A stretch of 41,936 nucleotides of DNA from Hyphochytrium catenoides (lineage: Eukaryota > Protista > Hyphochytriomycota). The stretch's first letter is position 1, and the number at the start of each line of letters is the position of its first letter. The notes beneath the pieces are model-generated. The model was not told the DNA's origin and did no database searches. It saw only the letters and a program-made list of their open reading frames with translations. The DNA lies in NCBI GenBank assembly GCA_900088475.1, contig FLMG01004319.1, positions 1 to 41,936 on the forward strand. Reading direction: 5' to 3'. This document shows positions 23,617 to 35,475 of this stretch, piece after piece. The position numbers and the translations under genes are program-made.

Positions 23617-24588
23617 TCAACCTGTTATTATTCTCTCCAATCCTTCTTCCATGTCACTCGTAAAGCTGCTCTTTTGATAAACAAAGTTGACCCAGTTCCT
23701 ATAGAAGACTGCGGCGTCTGCCGTCCAGTTGCAGGTCGGCGTCCGTGTGTCATCGTCCATCGGAAAGTAGTTCGCAGGCAGCTCTATGGGGACGCCACTG
23801 CTCTTGTCTCTAAAGTACTCGCCAGCTAAGTCTTGCCTATCATACTCTGGATGGCCCTGGAAGTAAACCTCTCTTCCTCCTCTTCCTAGCGCCATCAGCC
23901 AGCCACATTCCTTGCTGTCCATCACGATCTCTATCTCTTTCCCTTTCTCTCTCAGCGCTCTGGTCGGTACATCTCCCCAGCGCGAATGAGGCGCAAGAAC
24001 AACGTCGTTGACATCGCTGAAGAGCTCTGACTGGATCTCTCTGTTGACCTCATGCCCATAGACGCCAAAGACTTTCTTAGGCGAGAGTGATCTCTCGATT
24101 CCATAGAAATGATGCAGAGCAAAGTGGCTTCCCAGACAAGAATAGACCGTGGACCAGACGTTGTCCTTAGCCCAGTCTAACACGCTGCAGAGCTCTTGAT
24201 AGTAGTGAATCCGCTCAAACTGCAGGAGCTTCCCGTCTTTATCCAGCTCTAAGTTGGCTCCCGTGACGAAGAGGCCGTCTAAGCCTCTGTCTTTCACCGT
24301 GCTGAACTTCTCATAGAAGCATTCCATCCGGTCCCGTCCAGTATTGGGCAGATAGGCGTCGAACCGGATGAGAATCGGGGAGATCTGCAATGGAGAGTTG
24401 CCGATAAGCCTGAAGAACTGGACCTCTGTCTTCTCTCTCACGGCCGCAGGCATCAGGTTGAGAAGACCTATCCGCAATGGTCGGATGTCCTGCTGCTCCG
24501 CTCGACTGGCGTCTAAGATAAAGACGCGGAAAGACCGAAGGACATCATAGACCGGAAACTTGGACCGTGAGGGGACGATGAGCGGCAT
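23617..24588 (-). CDS. metA: Homoserine O-acyl (acetyl/succinyl) transferase, MetA/HTS family, intronless, 323 aa
   Basis: An uninterrupted ORF with MetA signatures: QDIRPLRIGLLNLMP, KTEVQF.RL..NSPLQ, DGLFVTGANLE, catalytic Cys in YSCLGSH, K.FGVY.H, PHSRW, and the GHPEYD His/Glu of the catalytic triad. Confidence 0.93.
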   Translation of the reverse strand: MPLIVPSRSKFPVYDVLRSFRVFILDASRAEQQDIRPLRIGLLNLMPAAVREKTEVQFFRLIGNSPLQISPILIRFDAYLPNTGRDRMECFYEKFSTVKDRGLDGLFVTGANLELDKDGKLLQFERIHYYQELCSVLDWAKDNVWSTVYSCLGSHFALHHFYGIERSLSPKKVFGVYGHEVNREIQSELFSDVNDVVLAPHSRWGDVPTRALREKGKEIEIVMDSKECGWLMALGRGGREVYFQGHPEYDRQDLAGEYFRDKSSGVPIELPANYFPMDDDTRTPTCNWTADAAVFYRNWVNFVYQKSSFTSDMEEGLERIITG

Positions 24589-25123
24589 TTTGTGCCTCTC
24601 TTCTCTCTTCCTCGCCTACTCTGACCACGGTTCTCTCTGTCTCTTCTCTGGCTCTGGTCCCTCTGCGCCTGGACTCTCCCCTTTGGTCAGACTCCTTGAG
24701 ATGTTCTGGCCCTTGATCTCTCTATCTTACCCGCTGCGTGCTGCTCAGCTGAGGCGCGGTCCGCGGCTGCCTCGGTCAAGAGACCAGTGCTCTTCCCTAG
24801 TGCTGTTGGCCCTTGGGTTACCACTATGGCCGTCCTTCTACCACCTCTCTTTCCCTCTCTCTCTCTCTCTCTTTTGTTTTTTCTCTCTCTCTCTCCTTTG
24901 TCGTTGACAGTCCCTAATTGTTTCTCTTTAGATGCAGCCGACGCTTCCTCTTCCGTCTGTGAGACCGCAAGACTTCTGCTGCTGCTGATCGATGTCTCCG
25001 CAGCCGTTGGATCGGGGCCAAGAGTGAAGCTCAGCTTGAGACAGCTTCAACAAAACCTTGGATCCTCTCTCTCTCTCTCACACTCTCTCTCTCTCCCTCT
25101 CTCTTATGTCTGTCTCTCTCTCT

Positions 25124-25155
<32 letters not shown>

Positions 25156-25161
25156 GCTGTG

Positions 25162-25196
<35 letters not shown>

Positions 25197-25724
25197 CGAT
25201 CGTTCTTTTTCCTTCCTTCTCCATTCTTGACTTTGAACAACAGGTAAAGGACGTTAGCAGCTATCAGTTTGGCCGTTACTGGTGCTTTGAAGGCTTCTGA
25301 GGTCCTGGGGGAGGTTCNNNNNNNNNNNNNNNNNNNNNNNNNNNNNNNNNNNNNNNNNNNNNNNNNNNNNNNNNTCTCTCTTGTTCTCTCTATCCCACTC
25401 CCTTGGTCTTCTCTCTCCCTTCCTCTTGTGCTAAAGGCTCTTAGTCTCTCTCTCTCTTGCTCAGTCACCTCACTCTTGTCGTTGATGTTTGAATCTGTCG
25501 CTTGACGTGTCTCTTCCCTCTTCTCTCGCTCACTTTTTCTTCATCCTCACTTCACTTTGAAGGTCTCACACTCTGCTGTTCCTCTCCTCCGAGCAGCAGC
25601 AGTCACACGATTCTCCCTTCACAACCTTTCTTTTGTTGATCTGAAGAACGTTGTGGGCAAGCAAGCAGGACAAAGAGAAAGCAACAGAAAAATACTGCTC
25701 CCAAGAGACAGATTGGCAGAAGAA

Positions 25725-28055
25725 ATGGCTAAAGCCGCGACAGCTCAGCAGGGAGGAGGAGGAGGCGGAGGCTCCAGAGCCGCGAAAAAGAGACAGAAGA
25801 AGAAGCAAAAGCAAGACGCACCCAAGCCGGAGGCTAACAGTGAGACCAGCATAAAGAGAGACAACACGCAGGGAGCTGCAAAGAACGGCAAACGGAAAGC
25901 CTCCGGACTGGATCAGAGTGATAGAGTAAGGGTCTAAGTCTTGGCTACGGGTCCGTCCGACCTCTCTGTCAGTCTCTAGTTTCTGTCTGTTGCAGACCTC
26001 TGTCCCTCGCCACCTCTCTCTGTTCTCTCCGTCTATCTGCGCGCCTTCTTCTCGCTCTTTCCTTTCTTTATGTTTACCCTCCTGTCGAGCTGCCACTTCN
26101 NNNNNNNNNNNNNNNNNNNNNNNNNNNNNNNNNNNNNNNNNNNNNNNNNNNNNNNNNNNNNNNNNNNNNNNNNNNNNNNNNNNNNNNNNNNNNNNNNNNN
26201 NCAACTTCTAGTACTGACCATACCATGTACTTGCACAGTCCCATGAGAAGAATAGAGAGAACGGCAAAAAGAAGCAAAAGTCTCTCCCTCAGTCTGCGCC
26301 TTCCGCTCCCATCAAATTGGAGAAAGCCCAGAACGTCATTCCTCAGGAACTGCTGCGGATGGCAGAAGAGATTAGGAACCAAAAGAGAGGAAAGAAGGAG
26401 AGAAGGACGGAGAAAGAGAAGGGACGATACCAAGTTCAGTTTCCTGACGCGCAAAAGACTTATATTATCGATGTACCAGGTGCGGCTTAGCAAAGGAGAG
26501 AGGGTAGGAGAGAAGGCAAGCAGAAAAGGAATTCGAGAGACCCATGAAGGAGGCCGGAAGGGAGAGAAAAGGCCGATGATCTTGGAAAAGACGGCAGCAC
26601 GGTGGCGTAATGGGGAGAGAAAAAACAAGAGAGAGACTCAGAGAGAGAGAGAGAGACTCGGAGAGACTCCCACACGACGGAGGAGCTTGGGACTGTAGCT
26701 TTGAAAGACAGCCCGCTGGGTATATAAAAGGCGCTTGCAAAGCCATGGGAAATGTGTCAGAGATGCGGTGGTTACCCATGGCGAACAGGATGGAAGAAGG
26801 GAGAGGACAATCCAGCATAAAAGAGATATTAGGCGTCCCATTCACTTCTCTAACTCTCGCCTTCAGCCGGTCTGCCTCCTCAGGATGCGCTGGCACTTGT
26901 ACGGAAAGAGATGAGAGATAGCAGAGCGAGGTCGAGGATGCTCTTCAATTGGCTCATTGCCCCGATGAAAGCGGAGGTTAGCTCTGCTTTCTCTCTTACA
27001 ATCGGTAGACTGTATGGTCTCCCGTCTAACCTGATCCCCTCTTGACCCCGCATACTTCTTCTTCCATCTTCCCAATCTTGCTCTGACGGCGGTCCCTCGG
27101 TACAGGAGTTCTATAACCATTTCTGGGAGAAACGCCCCCTTGTTATCAAGCGCAAGTGTCCTAGCTACTATCAAGACTGGTAAGCGAGTAAAGGAGAGAA
27201 AGAGAGTGAAAAGAGAGAGAGAGAGAGGAAGAGAGGAAGAGGGACATCGAGTGAGGGAGTTCCCACTGTGTCCTCTCTCCCATGCCATGGCTTACCTTTG
27301 GGGTGTAGGTCTTATTTAGTTTAAGCTTGCACAGGACCCGTTACTCTTATCAGTTCCGCCTTTTTTTCAGACTTGAAGCATCTTTCCCTCCGCCTCTAGC
27401 TTTACAGCTCATCGTTTTATGTCTCTCTCTCTCTTTTCCTATTCTACTCGTGTGATAGGTTCAGCAGTGAGCAACTGTGGAAGATCGTAGAGGAGCACTC
27501 GCTAGAGTACGGGAGAGACCTTGATGTCACCGAGTACAAAGATGAGAAGCGCCACACGCTCAACCCAGAGGGAGGAGGAACTGTGGATGCGAAAAGGGTG
27601 AAAGAGGACTACAAAAAGGGGAGAAGTGTCCGCTTTCTCCGCCCTCAGAACTATTCCGATACGCTGTGGGCTCTTCTCTCTTCTCTTGAGCCCGAGTGGG
27701 GAAGCATGGCAGGGGCTAACACTTACCTTACCCCCGCAAAGTCCCAGGTTCGGAGAGGACTCAGCCTTTGGAAGTCTTGTACCTGTTTCCCGTGTGCCGT
27801 CACATCAAAAACTCTCTCTTCCTGTTTCCATTTCTTTGACCGATGTACCTTTACCTTTCGCGAGTCCTGGACCTCGCGCCGGTAATCGGTAGATAATCAG
27901 CGCGCTTAAACTCTTTATTCTCTAGGGATTTGCGCCTCACTACGATGACATCGAAGCCTTCATCCTCCAGGTATCTGCCGATTAGGGTGTCTACGAAGAA
28001 AAGGCTTTAGTTAACTTTTAGATAGGATTTCAATCTTTCTTACCTCTCTCTCTCC

Positions 28056-28096
<41 letters not shown>

Positions 28097-30794
28097 GCTC
28101 CAAATCTCGGCCCATTTAGTTGATGCCACGTTCAGGATCACTACATCTGCTCAGGACCTTACATTACGCTTCCTTCTCGCTCATGGTGTCTCTCTCCGTG
28201 CCTGCATATCATTTTTACAGGTCGAAGGCAAGAAGAACTGGAGAATCTATGGCAACATGAGTGACGAAGACACGCTGCCACGATTCTCCAGCCCTAATTT
28301 GGAGCGAAAGGATCTCCCCAAGCCCATGTTGGAGGTCAACTCCTCTGCCAACCGTCTTGCCTTCTCATTCCCATGTTCACTCTATCGTCTTACCTCCTGC
28401 CCAGCTCCATCACTTACCCTCCCCTAATCCTGCGCCAATATCATCTCTTCCGCTGGTCTAGTTACTCTCGGTGAGCTCGTTTATGTTAGTGCGTCTTTAT
28501 CTCTTCCATGTCCTTAAGCACTCTTCTTACCTTGCCCGTATGTAGAATACTCATCCAAGCTAAGCTCTTGAACTTGTAGGTGACACTATCTGCAGGAGAC
28601 CTGCTATACTTCCCACGAGGATACGTACACGAGGCAAAGTCTTCCGACAAGGTAGGCAGAAAAGAAAGACTAGAGGCGGTCACGTAAGGGGCCGGGCAGT
28701 AAGACCAGAAGATGAGGGCGTAAAATAGAGCAGGGACGGGGTTATTCTATCGCCTACCAGGCCGGATGCTGTTCTGCTGTCTCTTCCTACATCCTGCCTT
28801 GCTGATATGTTTCCGCAATGCTCAACCCTGTGCTCTGCTCGCTCATGGACTCTAGGTACACTCTCTCCATGTCACAGTCTCTTGCGGCCAAAATAACTCG
28901 TGGGCGGATCTTCTGGAGGTCGTGGTGCCGCAGGTGTGCTAGATGAGCTGAACTGCCTCGTGTTTTATATGCGGTTGGCTTCTCCTTATATCTCTCTCTC
29001 CAAAGATCTTCCCCTCTCCCTGCCGGTCCTCAGTTGATGGCTTTTCTGGCAATGACAACGCTGAGTGTGGATTTTGTCAATCTCTTCTACTATCTTTAGG
29101 CTCTTGGTTCCGTGATAGCGAGTGACGCCCGCTTCCGAAGGTAAAGCTACAAAAATGCGTCTGGCCATCTAAGGGCCAGGGTGCATAGGGAGGGAAGGAA
29201 GAGCGGACAAAGTGGGAGAGAGAACGTAAAGAAGAAATATGGAGATTGGGCTCTTGCAGCCAAACTCACGGGTCAACATGGCGCAGCATTCGTCGGCGGA
29301 TATATTCTAACTTGCTGTTTTCCACTTTCAAATAGAGGCCTTCCTAGGGATTACCTGGACTACATGGGCCTCATACACGCAGAGGATGTAAGCAACAGCT
29401 GTCTCTCAAAGTCATAGTTCACATCCGCTTCAGCCGTGATGCTAATCCTCGTCGCTATCCTGGCACTTTCTGTTGACCCCGCTGTGGTGCCTCGCTCTTT
29501 GCCTGCTACTGGTCTTTCGGTGGTTTACTTCCATATCTGGGGAGTGCTTTTTCCGCGTACCTCTTGTTCCAGAAGAAGAACTTCCCTTACTCGTGATTAG
29601 ATTTTGGTATGCTTGCTGACTTGCCTTCTCCAGGATGGTGAGGACCCTAGGAGAGAGGAGTTTAAGTCTCTGTTGGGATCTCTATGTAATAGAGTAGCGG
29701 AGGAGGCACTGCAGATTATTGACCCGGCAGCGGACCAGATGGCGGTCAAGTTCCTTCACGACAGGCTTCCTCTTGTGGTATGCATGACACTTCATTCTGC
29801 TTCAGCCTAGCCGCTTCCTTCTTTCCAACTTTCGGTCCCTTTCTGGCTTGCTACCCGGTCCCTTTGCTTGTGTGAGGTCCCCTTTCACCTACCTTTTTCA
29901 GGTCTGCGTGCCCTGGTTGTAGCTCTACTCGTTTTTACAAGGTCTTCTTGGTCCAAGAGTCTCTCGTTACCTTCACTAACTCACTTGCTTGACTGTCACA
30001 TGTGATCCGTAGCTCACAACTCGAGAGGAAGACTACAGCGCGGAGGGCAGCCCTCTTCCTAAGATTACCGTCGATACGTCCGTCCGAGTACTGCGCACGG
30101 GCATTGCGCGACTGACGGTCGAAGATGGCAAGGCTGTTCTCTATCATTTAATGGATAACAGCAGGGAGCATCACGGTAATCAGCCCTGGAGCGATTTATA
30201 GGCGAAGAGAAGGAGCGCGGGGCGGAAGAGCGAGGAAGAGGGATAGAGTGTTTCAGCGACAAACTAACCAGATGGGGCTGTTGGCTCTGTGTCGATGGCG
30301 CAAATGTCTTCCTCTTATGTCTCTCTCTGTCTTTCTTTATATTTCTCGCCGTTTCTATTCTCCCTCTGTCTCTACTACCGCTTGCTGACGCTCACCCGTC
30401 GTCGCTTCTGCTCTACTTCATCCCTTTCTTCTTCTCTCTCTTTCCCTCTCATATTTTTTCAGGCAATCCTCTTAGCCCCCTCGAGTACGAACTGGACGAT
30501 GCCGAGGCTCTAGAAGTGCTGCTGACAGCATATCCTGAGTACGTCCGCGTAGGAGACCTTCCTCTTCCTACCAATGACGACCAGGTGGAGCTAGTTAAAT
30601 CTTTGTACAAAGAAGGCATCTTAATGCTACAGCCTGAGGGGGAGGAAGAAGATGAAGAGGACGACGAAACAGGAACAGATGGAGAAGAAGAAGAAGATAG
30701 TGGCGAGGAAGAAGGAGAGAGTGATGAGGAAGGAGATAAAGGAGGCGAGAGCGAGGGAGGAGAAGAAGAAAAGGAGAGTGAAGATGATGACTAA
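25725..30794 (+). CDS. RIOX1: Ribosomal oxygenase NO66/RIOX1 (JmjC cupin), multi-exon, with basic N-terminal extension and acidic C-terminal tail
   Basis: Spliced exons give EFYNHFWEKRPLVIKR, GANTYLTPAKSQ|GFAPHYDDIEAFILQ|VEGKKNWRIY (HxD), GDLLYFPRGYVHEA (distal His), HSLHVTVS, GLPRDYLDYMG and AADQMAVKFLHDRLP. Stop codon ends at 30794. Confidence 0.93.
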
Positions 30795-31315
30795 TGGATC
30801 AGACTACGAAGCTGAAGAGTAGTGTGGCTAACCGAAACAATGCAGCAAGAGGTAAAAGAAATAGCACAGGATCTGTCCAGCTATGATGTGAGTGATGGGA
30901 CTGGGCGTAGGGCGATAAATAGGATTAAGCCTCATCTGCTGTTGTCCAAGAGCCAGAGATTTTCAGCACTGCTACGATAAAGTTGTTAGCCGGTGGACGA
31001 CCCGTGCAGAGAGAGTCTGCCAAGAGCAAGTAAGAAAGCAAGGGAGCTAAGAAATATAAACGGACTATGCCGCCAGATAATAGTAGAACCTCCCGAACAC
31101 CTTCAGCCCAGGAAGCTATCTGCATCTCAAAATCTCACGACTAGCAAGGGCTAAGCACCAGTTGATAGGCCTACATCGTCAGGGCCAAGCAAATTATAAA
31201 AAAATAAAGGTGTATAGAGCTTTATCTAATAGCACAAGGTGGAAGAAGAAGGTCCACGCGTAACCTACTATAGATTTAGCAGAAGATGAATAGAAGAATG
31301 CCTCTAGAGCAAAGC

Positions 31316-32770
31316 TTAGGATTCACGGAGTGAGAGCCGCGCTGCTCTGTTCTCCGCCAACCTCCTCTCGCAGAGACGTGAGAGATTATCTCTCAGCGCC
31401 GCTTCGACTATGCCAAGGGCATCCTTTCCCAGGTAATTCTGATGGAGATCAATCACCCGCAGAGATTCCAGATGTATTGCTCTGCGAAGAATCTCTGGTA
31501 TGGCACTTGCTCCCAGGCCTTCAATCCAGTTTCTAGACAGATCCACGTATTGAAGAGACGTTAAGGACGTATTGTGACGCAGAGCGCCAAGAAGGGAGAG
31601 CCCTCCGTAAGTAGTGATGCCATTGCCACTAAAGTCGATGATCTCCAGCGAAGTGAGCGTGATGTTACCAGCCAAAGCTCTGGCTAGAGCAGAGGCTCCA
31701 TCATCCCCAATGTAGTTTCCATGAAGATCAAGACATTGTAGGCCAGCCAAATCTGGAGCTTTCGCAATGACATCCGCCAAAGACTGAGCACCACTGGGGC
31801 CCATGCCAACGCCGCTGAGAACTAGACTCCTGAGCCTCAAGGGGCTTTGAAGTAGCTTCGCTATTGCCCCTACGCCCTCGTCACCGATGGGATTGCTGCC
31901 AAAACGAAGAGAAGCTAGTTCCAAAAGCATCGAATTGGCCTCGATGGCCTCGACAAACGCAATAGTACCGTCTTTGCCTATGGAGTTGCCATCTAACTCC
32001 ACAGATAAGAGAGAAGGAAGCGAGGACCGTCCTAAGGCCCGCGAAAACGCACCCAGTCCTATGTCCGTTATGCCATTGACACGCAGCGCGACACTTCGCA
32101 AGTCGGTACAGAGGTCCGGATGGAGCTCAATAAACTCTGCTAAGACCAACATTCCACTGTCTCCGACATCATTATAGTTGAGATTCAGAGATTGAAGCTT
32201 TCCCAGATTGCGCTTATTGACTTTTAAGCTCGCGAGCAGAGCCGATAGTCCCGTACACCTAATATTATTGCTGGCTAAGTTGACGGACTCAAGCTTCGGT
32301 AGAGAATAATTACCGATGATCTTCGCAAGCAGCTCCGCTCCGGCATCAGACAGATCGAGGTAGGTCAAGTCGAACTCTTTCAGTTGGCTTAAGGCCAAAG
32401 GATCTTCTTCAAGACAGTCAAGGAGGAAGTTCAGCGCCTCCGTTCCCGTCGGCGACGGAGACAAGGCAGGAGAAGAAGCCAAATGGGCAGAAAAGAAAGA
32501 GCTCAACTCCAGGCTCTCTCTCTCGCGTAAGCTCGAACAGATCTCCTCCTTTAACTCTTTGCACTGCTCTCGTCGGAGCTCCTCCCATAAGAGTCTCTTG
32601 CTCTTTTCGTGCTCTGCTCTCCGGCGTAGCTCTAATGCAATCAGATCTTCAGTTGTTGGCTTCCTCCGCTTCTTGAGTGTCATCTCAGAGGATGAGGGCA
32701 GTCCCATGGTGAACGAAGAGAGAGATGTACGAGGATGAGGAAGAGAGATTTGCTGGATAGCCTTCAGCAT
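31316..32770 (-). CDS. Ribonuclease-inhibitor-like leucine-rich repeat protein (NLRC3/RanGAP-like LRRs), intronless, 484 aa
   Basis: About 11 repeats of roughly 28-31 aa matching LxxLxLxxNxIGDxGxxxLA (e.g. LQSLNLNYNDVGDSG, LQCLDLHGNYIGDDGASALA), preceded by a basic/coiled-coil N-terminus (LKKRRKP). Confidence 0.88.
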   Translation of the reverse strand: MLKAIQQISLPHPRTSLSSFTMGLPSSSEMTLKKRRKPTTEDLIALELRRRAEHEKSKRLLWEELRREQCKELKEEICSSLRERESLELSSFFSAHLASSPALSPSPTGTEALNFLLDCLEEDPLALSQLKEFDLTYLDLSDAGAELLAKIIGNYSLPKLESVNLASNNIRCTGLSALLASLKVNKRNLGKLQSLNLNYNDVGDSGMLVLAEFIELHPDLCTDLRSVALRVNGITDIGLGAFSRALGRSSLPSLLSVELDGNSIGKDGTIAFVEAIEANSMLLELASLRFGSNPIGDEGVGAIAKLLQSPLRLRSLVLSGVGMGPSGAQSLADVIAKAPDLAGLQCLDLHGNYIGDDGASALARALAGNITLTSLEIIDFSGNGITTYGGLSLLGALRHNTSLTSLQYVDLSRNWIEGLGASAIPEILRRAIHLESLRVIDLHQNYLGKDALGIVEAALRDNLSRLCERRLAENRAARLSLRES

Positions 32771-33288
32771 GACGGCAGCGGAGTTCTATTGCTGCTTTAG
32801 CATTGACATTAGGCAATCATCGGGCCAGCGAAGACGTTGTAAAGTGATGAAGTCATGAGCCATAGGTGCACACTGGCAGCAGCAGAGTCAGGACGAGGAG
32901 CCACAGATAGAAGGACCAAACTAGAGGTGGCTTTTCTCACTAGACTTCCAAGAGGAGAAGGAAGAGAGGCGCACCTATGCTTGAGACGTTAAATCAAGGA
33001 TGATGACTGATGAGGCCTCTCTGCTCTTCTCTCGTGCTTCTTACTCGTTCTTTGCTTCCTTCTTTCTCTCTCTCTTCCTCTTTCTGGTCGTCGCTCGCTT
33101 GTCTCTTCTCTCTCCTCTCACTCATGATCTTGTCCTTTCACACTAGTCTCTTGCTATCTTCTCTCTTCTTACGTGTCTCAGTCCGTCCCTGGCGTCACCT
33201 CATTTTGGCGTCAGCTCTTGCGGCCTATTGCTGCTGCTTCTCCTGGGCTTCTGCCTGCTCCTCATGCTGCTGGTTGGTCCGTCAGTGG

Positions 33289-33315
33289 CTGCTGCTGCTG
33301 CTGCTGCTGGTGCTG
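33289..33315. repeat. (CTG)n trinucleotide repeat
   Basis: gctgctgctgctgctgctgctggtgctg seen directly. Confidence 0.85.
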
Positions 33316-33581
33316 GAGCTCGTTTGAAGGACCAAAACCTTGAGACCAAAGGCCACAAGAAAGCTTTCATAAGAAGCGTTTATTTTGTATGTGAAAGTTT
33401 GAGTGTTACTGTTATAGGGAATGGAGGTCATTCCTTTCTTTTTTGCGTGAAAGATAACCATCAGAACTTTGGCCCTTGTGAGATAGGGGCTAACGGCTAT
33501 CTTTGATGGGGAGGCGTTACAAGGAGAGGAGGGAGCGCGAGACAGACGCAGAAAGAGAAAACAGGCGAGAGAGGGGCAGTA

Positions 33582-33653
<72 letters not shown>
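33582..33653. repeat. (AG)n/(AGAC) microsatellite, representative of many similar tracts (e.g. 17489-17610, 20231-20290, 35354-35470)
   Basis: Direct dinucleotide runs; most N gaps in the window abut such tracts. Confidence 0.95.
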
Positions 33654-33654
<1 letters not shown>

Positions 33655-34276
33655 AAGGGGGAGACAGAAAGGGGGAGACAGAATGCGAGAGACCACCGAG
33701 AGAACATCGCGAGAGCGAACGAAAGAGATAAAAGACAGGAAGGGAGAGAAAAAGAGAAGAGAGAGTGAGAAGACAAAGGGAGAGAGCAGCAGAAGTAGGA
33801 GAGACATCGGGGGACTGATGACTATATGGAAGAAGAGAGAGAGACTAGAGAGGGAGATCACAGAAATGAGGAAGAGATAAGACAGAGAACGACAGTAGAA
33901 GTAGAAAGGCAGGAGAGACACGAGACGGTCGTTCTTCTTCTCCTTAGGCATGGCTGAGGTTTACTTTTAGCCGCCTTCTCCTCCGTCTGTCTCTGTGTCC
34001 GGATAAGAAGAGGGACTGCCCCAGACGGCACCGCAGGAGGCCCGCACTTCTAACGCTCTAAAGATCCTCTCCTAGGAAGAGTGCGGAGCCTTCTTGTCGC
34101 TCTTATTATTAGCCGCTTTCTTCCCTGTTCTTGAGAGGAAAGAGCCACAGCATTACTGGTCTCAATCTGGTCACTTCGAGGGGACACACTAGAGCAGCCG
34201 AACGCAGGGACGAGGAGGAAGAAGAGACAGAGTAGAGAGACAAGAAGGAGAAAGAGAGAAGCGAGAGACGACAGAG

Positions 34277-35352
34277 ATGGGGACGTCGCAAAGTCCCCCT
34301 CTTCCTCTCTCTTCAGCCTCTCCTCCACCGGCTTTGCTGCACAATCCGCGCACTACTGCCAAGCGTCAACCTTCGCCCCTCCTCGTCCGGGACGCTCTCT
34401 CCCCCAACCTCCGCCTAGCCAAGGGAAGCGCTGTTCTACTGCCCGCTCCGAGCTTTCTCTCCTCTCCGTCTCGTCCACATCTCTCCTCTTCTCCATCTTC
34501 TCTTTCTTCTGGCTCTGCCTCTACCGCTGTTACCACGGAGGAGGAGACAAGCAGCGGCAGTGGAAGAAGAGGGAGAAGAAGCAGAGGAAGAGAGGAAGGC
34601 AAAGACAAAGAAGATAGGAGTCTGCTGCCAAACCCTTTGTCCAGAGACAAAGTACCAGTGCCTCTTCTTCTCCCTTCGTCTTCTTCCTCTGCGGCATCTG
34701 TCTTCTCCGCCCCTTCTCCCTCTGCCTCATCCACTTTTCCTTCTCCTATCCATCCTCTTTGGACCCCAGAGACTGGCATAGGAGAACGGAAGAGAAAGGG
34801 GAAGACTCAGCAACCATGGGAGAGGAAAGACGAAGTGGAACGAGCATTGGAACTTCTCTTTGACGATGATAGTGAAGATGAGTTGGAGCTTAAAGAGAGA
34901 AGACAAGAGAGAATGCGGATAGAGCAGAGAAACGAGCAGAAACGGGGGAAGTTGGCATCCTCTGGACAAGAGAGAGAGGCGAGAAGGACAGGAGAAGTCG
35001 GGGAGGAGGAGGAAGAGGATTTAACAAGCATGACAGGAGCCAGAAGTGCACAGCAGCAGCAGAGAGAGAGAGAATGGAATCCTCCATCCTCTCCGTCAAG
35101 ACAAGGTAATCTGTCTCTCCTTTCTCTTCTTCCCTTTCCTCCGTTTCTTTCTTTCCTTTACCAATATCTCTCTTCTCTAGCACCTCCACCTCACTACTCT
35201 CTTTCTCCTCATCTCGTTGGAAGGGCCCATACTGCTCGTCCTTCAGGTCAATGATTTGTCGGCTGATCCACCATCCTCCCCTTCCTTCCTTCCCGCCAGG
35301 ATTGTGCTTTGCAACTTTACCCTGTCTCCGCCGTTCTCATCTTTGCTGTTGG

Positions 35353-35385
<33 letters not shown>

Positions 35386-35426
35386 TTCTCTGTCTCTCTC
35401 TCCCTCTCTGTGTCTCTCTTTCTCTC

Positions 35427-35475
<49 letters not shown>

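Noticed and set aside
24730-24838. Minus-strand peptide IVVTQGPTALGKST resembling a P-loop, upstream of metA
   Set aside because: An isolated short match with no start codon or downstream NTPase motifs; probably chance or UTR sequence.
32845-33010. Possible C/D-box snoRNA (GTGATGA ... CTGA) with an internal CATAGGTGC/GCACCTATG stem
   Set aside because: No terminal stem and no recognisable rRNA-complementary guide; such short boxes occur by chance.
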